This document shows positions 24,646 through 34,338 of a DNA stretch of 34,338 nt, in pieces. Location of the stretch: the NCBI GenBank assembly GCA_030167865.1, contig JALAGF010004599.1, positions 124,001-158,338 of the forward strand, read 5' to 3'. Below the pieces are notes generated by a model. The model made no database searches and had not been told where the DNA came from. It was given only the letters and a program-made list of their open reading frames with translations. Source of the stretch: Craspedostauros australis (taxonomy: Eukaryota). Both the position numbers and the translations under genes were made by a program. Positions within the stretch are counted from its first letter, which is position 1; the number at the start of each line of letters is the position of its first letter.

Positions 24646-26812
24646 CTACTGTATCGCAGGATTAGTATGAGAAGCGCACACAGACGAGTTGTACAGCAAA
24701 TTGCTGATGTGTGTGTGTGCTGTTTGTTGATTACATTTTTTTGTGTCACTGATGGAATCTCTGTCATGGAAGAACTTGGTCATTGCATGGAGCATGGAGT
24801 GGAGGCCGTGGGTCAATGCAGCCTGCTGTTCTGTCTGCGCGCGTTCCTGACGGCGAGCTTCCTCCATTTGCTGTTCGTGCTGGTGACGATTCTGCTCCCA
24901 TTCGAGCTGCTGGAGATTGAAGATGCGTCTTCGTTCATCAAACTCGCGCTGCTCTCGCTCCACTTGTTGTTGGGATGCAAGTCATTGCTGGTGTGCCAGT
25001 TCATCGAGTTGGCAAGACAGGCATTCTTCGTACTTACCTCTCTTTGCAGTCGCCATCCAGCCTGTCTCCAACTGCTTGTTCCTCGATTCCACCAGGCGTT
25101 TTACGATGTCAGCATTTTTTTGGTATCTTCCCAATGGTCCAGTTGCTTTGCTTTCTTCTTTGGGGAAGGAGGCTTCGAATCGTCATCAGCAGCATCTGGT
25201 TTATCGCTGGCGACGGACTTCTTCGTCCTCTTCCCAAACATAGCTTTGTGGAAGTCTGCCGCCACGGCTCTCATTTTCTTTTCGCGAGCTGTGGCTTGCT
25301 TCTTTGTGCTCTTGAAGCTGCTGTAGTGCTGATGGAGGGTGAGGAGCTTGTGGAGATGAGGTGTTGATGGCTCACTATCATCTCCCGTTCTCTTTGGAGC
25401 ATTGCGCTTGAACTCCACCGTTTCCGCCATGAGGGTCTCGAACCGGTATTGGTACCAAGTCTTCTTGCACGTACGCTTTGTTGGTTTGTACATGCTGGGG
25501 TGCAGAGCTTCGAGGTCCACAGTCACCCCCATCCAGCTGGCGCCAATGTCCTTCTCCCAAGGCTTGGTGTCCATCCCCATCAGATGGTCGATGAGGACGA
25601 CATTGGATGTTTTGGGATTTTGGAAAAATGGATACTCAGGTTTGAGTATCACGCCAGCCAAGCTGTATGTGCTGACGCGATAGTTGTAGACAGCAGCACC
25701 AAGCACATTGCCCTCGTGCAACAGTTCGTAGTAGTTGCGCAGCGTGAGGAGCTGGCCCCGCGTGATGGTGTATTGCTGTGGCAAGAGGTTGAGACGCTGA
25801 ACGTCAGGAAGTTCGCTCTTGTACCAGGTGAGGAAGTTGTGCACTGGCGTGGCGATGCGGACATGGCGAGAATGCACCTTGCTGTACATGCGATGTTCTT
25901 CTCACCGACAAGGCAAATCGTGTAGAGGTTGAGGGCTAGCTTGACTGGCGGCAAGTCCACTCCTGCGCGCACGAATGCCACCACTTGCTCCATCTGCGGA
26001 ACTGGCAAGGTCGTGACTGGGATCAGCACTTTCCACAGCGCATTGGAGGCCACCACAAAGATCTTCTTCGCTTTGCTCCACACTTGCCTGTCGGAATTGC
26101 GTCCCAATTCAAATCCGCAACGCGGCAAGTCGGCTAGAACAGCAGTGAGGTTCTTCACTCCGAGCTCCCGCAAAACCTTGTGCATGGTTTCAAATGCATC
26201 TGTCTTGTCCTTGCTGTGTTTGTTTTGGAATCTTTCGCTGCTTGATTTCCTGGCTATGGTTCTGTTGCGTCCCTTGGGGCAGTAGGTTTCGTTGTCTCCA
26301 GCACTGTGGCATTGGATGCGCTTGCCTTTCTTTGCTGGTTGGATGGATGGTGCGGAAGGTGGTGCCAGAGTCAGGACGCAGACAGAGACATGCACTTTTG
26401 TATTCGCATCGACGCCATGTCCAAAGGCCTGCACAGTGGCCTTGGAGGTATCAAGAATCATGCCATTGTCAGTGGTGATGTGCACGTGAACGAAGAGCTT
26501 CTCGTTGGTTGCATTGAGTGTGCGAACCTGTTCGTTGTTGGTGAGGACCTCAACATCACACTCGTTGTCGAAGGTCGCGCCTTTGAGTGTAGGAGGCAAC
26601 AGCTTGTTTGTTGTAGGTGGTGGAATGTGTTGCTTACCACCCATACCCAATGGAGACAGAAGCTTCTCACCAGTAGATGGCGCAAACAGTTCCTTGCGAT
26701 TGATTGGATCCGATGGAAACGGGCGCACGGATGGAGAGGATGGCAAGCGTTGCTTCTTGGAGGGAGAAGGATTGGCGTCCTTCGACGCAGCTTTCCTGGT
26801 AGAGACGGGCAT
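24646..26812 (-). pseudogene. Harbinger ORF2: Myb/SANT-like DNA-binding and coiled-coil protein with a long N-terminal extension, frameshifted
   Basis: The pattern LIDHLMGMDTKPWEK..GASWMGVTVDL...TCKKTWYQYRFETLM...RTGDDSE is followed by an NLS-like PSPKKKAK and an EREQREFDERRR coiled coil. Frameshifts near 25855 and at the T7 run 25115-25121. Candidate intron 25037-24963 (GTAAGT..AAG). Confidence 0.6.
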
Positions 26813-27440
26813 TGCCTTATGCCAGCAGATGATGGAGGGATAACTGTAGATTATGATTACCTTCCTTCTTGCCTCCACCTGCTCTACTTCGCGTTACTCC
26901 ACAAGTAGCGCACTCTGCCATGCCGCCTCTGCTTACTCCGTGCTTGTTCCAAGAACCACGCCTGAATTCCAAACCTGCGCCACCTGGTCGCCCATTTACT
27001 TTGCTTCCATGTTTTGGCGTCAAGTTTTGGTGGTTGCATGTTTCCATATGTTGACACCGCAGATACAACTGAGTCGAGTCTTGCATGGTTGAACTCGGCT
27101 GACTGGTCTCAATCACGGACGTTACTGGACTCGATCCAGTACTGGCAACAGTAGATACATGACTGGACTCAATTGGGAGACTAGGATATTCTAGCTAGTT
27201 ATCAATCTAGGTCGGGCATGATGCTGATTGGTACTGATGGGTGGATAGAGAAGACTAGCATTGATGGAAGTGAACTGAGCAGGAGGAATGCAAGAAGGTG
27301 ACAATACAAGAACTACATGAACATGCCACAAGCACAGCACACCACCGCAGAAAAGCAAAATTCGATTTGGCGGCAAAATGTGAGGAGATTTGTGACATGT
27401 GACGAGAGATCAAATTTGAATTTGCATGTCAACGTCTAAT

Positions 27441-27615
27441 CAAACCGGGATATGTATGAAACCGTTGAAACGGCGTTACACGATAAACATCACTACCAAT
27501 CATGAACGACATAATCATCAAGCAACTGCACTGACGCATACGACATCGATAAGACTCATAATCTGCATCTTTGCCACTTTTCATCTTTATTGGGTTTCAC
27601 GTGTGTAATATCTTG
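27441..27615 (+). repeat. 5' LTR (175 bp)
   Basis: Colinear without gaps with 33637-33811. Starts CAAACCGGG and ends CTTG; the right boundary is uncertain by a few nt. Confidence 0.88.
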
Positions 27616-28065
27616 GTTTATCATTCTCATCCGCTTATGCGGGCATGTGCGAGCGTGCAGGGACCGCCTGAAGAGGCGACGATAATACTGGGACCCCGCT
27701 TTGAGGGTGGACCGTCACCAAGCCGGCACTGCTTGTATTGTGCTGCATCCCCTTTGACCATGATGTGTTGACGCAAAGTGACCGGCGTCAACGGGATGTA
27801 ATCTCACCATTCGCATTGCGAGGTGTGATGACACTGGTGGACGCACCAACCATAGGTCACACGGAAATTCCTACAGAGACACACACTGTTATCAGCGAAA
27901 GATCGTGTGCCACGCTGCCCGGTCAGTGCTTCTCATCGTGGATCGATACCGCGAAAACACACGTTGAACCATTTGCACGACGAAGACACACCATGTCCCA
28001 GTGTCATTTTCTTGTCAACACAACTCCCTCTTCTTTCATCACTACTACATACGAACACCACCAAC

Positions 28066-31000
28066 ATGGCAGCCGCCGCAAACGCAAACGCTAACATCAA
28101 CGAAATGCGTTCCTACTGCAAGGACGTGTTAAACTTCCCAGACGATGACATCGCAGACGCTTTGGAGGATCAAGGTCTCACGAAGTTCGATGATTTCCTG
28201 TCCATCACTGATGACAGTGTTACTGCCCTGTACAAGCGTATCTGTGATGGCAGTGGGTTCATCGAAAACCCAGCATACAAGACAGGAGCCAAGGGCAACA
28301 TACCATCGCAAATCAAGGATCCAGGCATCATTGTTGGTTGGGTTCATGAAACCAAGCTTCGTCAGCTCCGTTATGCACGATTCCACTTCCAATGCATTCA
28401 ACGCCCTTTCACAGCAGCAGAGGCACCCATGAACCGCCTCGTTGCGCTATGGGAACTCTTTCTCGAGGAACAACGCATCAAGAAGGAAACCGAAATGGAC
28501 ATGCCGGAACGGCTGGTCAAAGTGGACCGAGTCCGTGACAGTCTCGAGGACATCCAGAACTACTTAGAGAACACCCATGGCGCGCTTGACACTCCGCTAT
28601 CCTACGTGATCCGTGAAGATACGCGTAAACCCGAAGACCGTACGCCTCCAATCAACACCGGATTCGGTGTACCCACCATGAAGGAGGAGCTCATTGACCG
28701 AGCGATCCATGAAGGCATCCGCTACGACGCTGACAACGCAAAAGTGTGGCAGGTCGTTCGCCATGTCACTCACGGCGGACCTGCATGGGCTTGGGTCCAA
28801 GGCTTCGAGCGCGCACGCAATGGTCGTGCAGCATTCATTGCTCTCAAGGAACACTATCACGGCGACTCCTTTCAGGCGCGTACCAAGGCAGCAGCATCCA
28901 AGACGATTGCAACCAGCTTCTATGACGGCAAGTCACGCCAGTTCTCATTCGAACGATACGCACAGATCATGAAAGGCGCATACGAAGACATGGCACGATG
29001 CGGTGAACCACTCGTGAACACGGCGAAAGTACGCCACCTAATCGATGGTATCCGCGACTCCCGTCTCGACAGTGCATGCGTTGCTATCACGATCAACGAA
29101 GCCCTTCGTGAAGATCTACCTGGTGCAAACAATGTCCTGAGCGAAGTACTCGATCGCAAACAGCTCGCGTCGCCCAGACGCTCCATTGGTTCTATGGGAC
29201 GCGGCAAAGGCGGTCGTGGCAACTGCAACGGAACACCAAGCAAGGGCGGTCGCGGAGGCCAAGGCAAACCCAAGAAATACGACCCTGACATGGTCATCAC
29301 TGATCGTCACTACTCACCAGAGGAATGGTCGGTCATGTCGTCTGCACAGAAGACCAAGGCACTTGAGATGCATGCGAACGAGACAAGCGCTGTGGGGTTA
29401 TGTCGGTGGGCAGAAACAGGCCATCGAAACGCTCTCATGAAGAAACGGCTGGTCACTATGGGCCATCCGACGCTACGAACCAAGGCGACAGTCAAGCCGG
29501 TACCAATAATCAAGCTGGCATTGGCAGCATGGCTACTTGTCGCAACCAACAAGGACGTTCCTGACCACGCGGTCACACCAGACGGCTCACATCCGTCAGC
29601 ATGTCTCTACCATCTGATACCCCACGGGCAGAGCTCGATTCGCATGCGGATACATGCTGTTTTGGTGACACTGCGTACATTGTGCATCAGACCAACCAAA
29701 CTGTCACTGCAACTCCCTTTATTGACTCACTTGGGTCCATCGACAACGCACCAATCGTCACAGCTGCGATAGCATATGATGATCCAAATACATATCAAGA
29801 ATTCATTCTTTTCTTTCCACAATCGATCTACTTTCCTCGTCTTGAACACCCTTTGTTGTGCCCAAACCAAATGAGGGCTGCGGGTATAGTTGTGAATGAT
29901 GTTCCTCTGCTCATGATCAAAGAGCATGAACGGAAACTGGAGGACCATTCTGTGGTCTCATCCTACGACGATCTCCACATCCCGCTGCGACTGAAGGGTA
30001 CCATTTCCTACTTCCACATGAGGAAGCCAACACAACAAGAAGTCCAATCCGATCGTGACTGTATACACATCATGATGACACAGGAGGCCACATGGGATCC
30101 AGACCAATGGTCTTCAGGGGACGACAAAGATGCCATCCGTGCGTCCTTCTCATCACAACAAATCATATCCTCCATCAACATCCATGACACTCACACGTCC
30201 AGTCGAAAGGGGACTATCACACCTGATGTCCTCGCGCAACGCTGGCGTATTGGGACGGAAGCCAAATCACGTACCCTAGAAGCAACCACACAACTGGCTG
30301 TTCGCGACTTCTGATACGCGTCAGGAACACGTCGTCTCAACCCATACGCCATGCAACTACGATATCGTCGGCTCAACACCCAACTTTATGCCGATACCAT
30401 GCATGCGAAGACCAAGTCGATTCGTGGCAACAAATGCGCCATGATATACTGTACACCGTTTCACTGGGTCCGGGTGTACCCAATGGCGGAACGCAAAGAA
30501 GTGCATCTCACACTTGACAAACTGTTTCGTGATCACGGCATCCCACACACAATCATTCCAGACAACGCAAAAGAACTCGTGGCTGGCGAATTCCATCGCA
30601 AGTTACACAGCACAAGTCTCCATCCGACCGATTGAAGCATACATCCACAACCAGAACAAAGCAGAAGCAACCATCCGTGAACTCCGCCGACACTACCGAC
30701 AATTGATGACTTCAACGGATGCACCGGAGTATTTGTGGGACCACTGTTTCGAATACTGTGCCGAGATACGCAGTCACACTGCACTCGCCATCCACGATCT
30801 ACACGGCGAAACACCGGCAACCATCTTGTCCGGTGATACTGCAGACATCTCCCACATTGCTGAATTCGGCTGGTTTGACTTTGTTTGGTATATCAACATC
30901 CAAGACGCCTCCATGAATGTCAAGCAACTCGGTCGATATCTTGGGCCAAGCCGCTCCGTCGGTGACGCCATATGTTCGTACATCCTCACTGCCAATGGCG

Positions 31001-33465
31001 TTGTTGTCTCCAAATCCTCTGTTCTACCTCTCTCTCACGACGATACACACAGCGACATCATCGCAAACAAATGCAACGAATTCATGGATGCACTTCGTTC
31101 CAAGTGGAAGTATCGCATGGAAGGCATCATAATTGAAGACGATGGCGACGACGTTGACGATACCGCAGACGACATTGCATTCTTACAGAATACCAAACCG
31201 TTGGAGCAGATCATGGAGCCAGACGACATCACCAGTGAAGCCTATGCCAAATACATTGCAACCAAAGTCATTCTTCCGACAGGGGACGAAATGCAACATG
31301 GGACAGTCAAACGACGCAAACGTGACACAGAAGGCAATCTCATCGGCCGCTCTCATCCGAATACAATCCTTGACACCGCACAATACGAAGTCGAATTTCT
31401 TGATGGTCACCATGAAGTGTTCAGTGCCAATCAAATCACGGAGAACATCTACGCGCGCATTGACAATGATGGATACACTACTATGCTGATGGATGGAATC
31501 ATTGATCACAAACGCTTGCCCCTGTTGCTTCTCCTTCTCCCCACTCCAAATCCACAAAAGGCTGGAAGCTTTGCATCCGATGGAAAGACGGGTCCACATC
31601 CTGGATCCATCTACGTGACGCAAAGGAAGCCGACCCAGTACGCGTTGCCAAATACGCGGAAGCCAACAAACCCATCAACGAACCCGCATTCAAGTGGTGG
31701 GTACCACATACCCTGCACAAACGACAACGCATTATCATGGCAACGAAACGACGACACGTCCGAAAGGACGAAATGTTTGGTGTGGAGCTTCCTACCTCAG
31801 TGCGTCACGCACTCGCTATCGACGCAGCTACAGGCACGGACCTGTGGTGCAAGGCTATCGCAAAGGAGATGAAGGCAGTGCGGCCAGCATTCGACATTAA
31901 GGAGATCGACACTCCTGATCCTGTGGGCTACCAATACATGGAATGCCACATGATATTCGCCGTGAAGGTGGACCTCACAAGAAAGGCGCGACTCGTCGCT
32001 GGGGGACACATGACGGAAGCACCCGCAACAATCACATACGCAAGTGTGGTGTCACACAAAAGCGTACGCATCGCATTCTTGGTTGCTGCACTCAATGACT
32101 TGGACATCCTTGCCGCGGATGTTCAGAACGCATACCTCAATGCACCGTGTCGGGAACGCATATATACACGATGTGGTCTGGAATTCGGATCCAACCAGGG
32201 GAAGATCGCCATCATTTGTCGGGCCCTGTACGGACTGAAGTCCAGTGGAGCAGCATGGAGAGCACATCTGGCCGAGACACTGCGCGATTCGTTGGGATTC
32301 ACATCCTGCTGTGCTGACAGCGACGTCTGGATGAAGCCTGCTGTTGCGAGCGATGGGTCAGAATAATACGAATACGTGCTCGTGTATACCGATGACATCC
32401 TTGCTGTATCCAAACAACCGCGACGCATCCTCGATGCGATTGACTCACACTTTTTCCTCAAACCGAGTTCCATTGGCCCTCCTACAACATATCTTGGATC
32501 CACCATCTCACAATTCCATCTCACTGCTGATCCATCACGTCCGAAATGGAGCATGGGCTCACAAGAATACATCAAAGCCGCTCTCAAGATCGTCACGAAA
32601 TATCTCACCGAACGCAATCAACGACTCAAGACAAAAGCACCCAGCATCCTGCCGGAACAAATATCGACCCGAATTGGACGGATCACAGCTCTGTGATTCC
32701 GAGCAAATGACATTCTACCAGCAACTGATCGGTATACTGCGCTGGACTGTTGAGCTTGGACGCATTGACATATGTTGTGAAACATCGATGATGGCATCGT
32801 ATTGTGTTGCGCCACGAATTGGTCATTGGCATGCTCTCTTTCACATGTTCGCATACCTCAAATCTCACGATCGTTCTTGCCTTGTTTTTGATAATGCATA
32901 CATTGACAAACCGCCTGTGATGCAACCTAACTGGAACGATTTCTACCCCGATGCTCATGAACAACTACCTGCTGACATGCCACCGCCGCGCGGAAAGGAA
33001 ATCCAAATGACGTGCTTGGTTGACGCTGATCATGCAGGTGACCGCGTCACGCGACTCTCACGCACTGGTGTGCTTTTGTTTTTGAATACATCACCGATAC
33101 TATGGTACAGCAAGAAACAGAACAGCATTGAGACATCCACATTCGGCAGCAAGTTCACGGCGCTCAAGGTCGCAACCGAAATCATCATCGGTATGAGATA
33201 CAAGCTTCGCATGATGGGCATCCCACTGGATGGACCAGCGGACGTACGTGTCGACAATCAGAGCGTGGAATACAACTCCTCACTACCAGAATCACAATTG
33301 CGGAAGAAAGCCAATGCCATCGCATATCACTTCGTCAGAGAAAGCATTGCTGCGGGTATCCGGGTGGTCCAACATGAACCATCAGAAACCAATCTATCCG
33401 ACATGCTCACGAAGCAACAACAAGGACCGAAACGAAAAGAACAAGCACAACGGGTCCTCTTCTGA
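28066..33465 (+). pseudogene. gag-pol polyprotein pseudogene of the copia element
   Basis: Gag starts at ATG 28066 (PLSYVIRE, NGRAAFIALKEHYHG, RGG-rich end). Protease AELDSHADTCCFG; integrase YADTM / PDNAKE / QNKAEATIRE; RT RKARLVAGGH, ADVQNAYLNA, ALYGLKSSG, VYTDD; RNase H VDADHAGD, VDNQSV, NLSDMLTK. Stops at 30312-30314 and 32364-32366; frameshifts near 29375, 30610, 31520 and 32655. Confidence 0.93.
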
Positions 33466-33628
33466 CCTCGGCGCTGCGTAACAGTACCCAAGGGTGGTCA
33501 ATCATGGACGCTGCTCATGGTTGGTGGGATGAGCGCCCTGCGGTGTCCACATGTGGGGCATGCAGCAGGTACATCCCGAATGCAACCAAAATGTGACGAT
33601 ACGATGGCTAGCACAGCCACCGCGCATC

Positions 33629-33636
33629 GAGGGGAC
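33629..33636 (+). other. Polypurine tract (GAGGGGAC)
   Basis: Purine-rich run directly abutting the first base of the 3' LTR. Confidence 0.7.
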
Positions 33637-33811
33637 CAAACCGGGATATGTATGAAACCGTTGAAACGGCGTTACACGATAGACGCTGCTACCAATCATG
33701 GACAACACAGTAATGCAGCCAATACAATGACGCATACGACATCGATAAGACTCATAATCTGCATCTTTACTCTTTTTCACTCTAATTGGGTTTCACGTGT
33801 GTTGTAACTTG
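33637..33811 (+). repeat. 3' LTR (175 bp)
   Basis: Direct repeat of 27441-27615 with about 27 substitutions (hand count) and no indels. Confidence 0.88.
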
Positions 33812-34254
33812 ATTCTACCGAATGTGCCAACCAATGGGAACACTTTGCGAGTCCCGAATTTCGCCTCCATTCCACAACACCAAAACTGTCCTCACAAAGT
33901 GGACAACGGAAACACTGCGCATCTGGGAGGAGCTGCTGTTGATTCTCTGCTGCTTGTAGTCATTGCTTGTACAACAATGTACAATGACTGTGACCCTCCA
34001 CATCGGAGGAGTGGACGATACGATGCACCTTGTGACCGTCCTCCAATGTTGCCCATGCCCCCTATGACGCGCTGCGCCGTGCTGTGCGCTGATGGCTGGT
34101 GATGCGATGCGCTGTGTCGCTGTCCTTGTGATTCTAGTGTGCGTCGCGACGCCCCTTTGAAGTACACTGCATCCTCCATCAACACAGCACACGCCATCCT
34201 GCAACCACTGTACTCTTCACCTTGCAATTATGCTACGCACTGGTGACCGTGTGA

Positions 34255-34338
34255 AGGTGGCACCCCACCAGCGATCAGGTGGCACCCCACCAGCGATCAG
34301 GTGGCACCCCACCAGCGATCAGGTGGCACCCCACCAGC
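34255..34338 (+). repeat. Perfect tandem repeat of a 22-nt unit (AGGTGGCACCCCACCAGCGATC), at least 3.8 copies, running off the window end
   Basis: Copies at 34255, 34277 and 34299, plus a partial copy at 34321. Confidence 0.97.

Larger units (their letters stand above)
22900..27200. mobile_element. PIF/Harbinger DNA transposon, degenerate; boundaries approximate
   Basis: A DDE_Tnp_4-type transposase on + and a convergent Myb/SANT-like ORF2 on - give the typical two-gene Harbinger layout. No convincing TIR pair or 3-bp TSD found by eye. Confidence 0.75.
27441..33811 (+). mobile_element. Ty1/copia LTR retrotransposon of the diatom CoDi type, full length but inactivated
   Basis: 175-bp direct repeats at both ends, domain order gag-PR-IN-RT-RNase H (copia order), and a purine tract just before the 3' LTR. 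Confidence 0.93.

Noticed and set aside
27426..27608. Small protein encoded in both LTRs
   Set aside because: The differences between copies are largely non-synonymous and the starts lie outside the repeat; no sign of coding constraint.
27441..33811. Diversity-generating retroelement TR/VR pair (two diverged repeats plus an RT)
   Set aside because: Mismatches are not restricted to adenines in either copy, and the RT is an ordinary copia RT flanked by LTRs.
22901..33998. GAGGGTC (about 22901) and GACCCTC (about 33992) as Harbinger TIRs enclosing the copia element
   Set aside because: Only 7 nt match, it does not extend, and there is no matching 3-bp TSD.
34255..34338. CRISPR array
   Set aside because: The repeats abut with no spacers, the context is eukaryotic and there are no cas genes. 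The same applies to 24301-24366.

Overview
Eukaryotic nuclear DNA, most likely a diatom (inferred from the CoDi-type Ty1/copia element and the gene style; species not determinable). The window has two halves. (1) About 1-22.6 kb is gene-dense, with six host genes: a 5'-partial VPS13-family lipid-transfer protein (+, 4 exons), a CARNMT1/N2227 methyltransferase (-, 2 exons), an Mpv17/PMP22 protein (+, 2 exons), DNA polymerase iota (+, 3 exons), PAF1 (+, 2 exons) and a C-terminally short Ric-8-like protein (-, single exon). (2) About 22.9-34.3 kb is a decayed transposon block: a PIF/Harbinger element (DDE transposase plus a convergent, unusually long Myb/SANT-like ORF2) and a full-length but inactivated CoDi-like Ty1/copia retrotransposon, then a 22-nt tandem repeat at the window end. 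The most unusual observations are the copia LTRs (CA...TG termini, no target-site duplication, perfectly identical blocks alternating with strongly divergent blocks and no indels), an atypical primer-binding site, a chromodomain-like module after the integrase, a CpG-deamination decay signature, and a ladder of in-frame splice acceptors in a microsatellite in the Pol iota gene. All family calls rest on motif recognition by eye; no searches were run. I found no clearly new biological system, only candidates.
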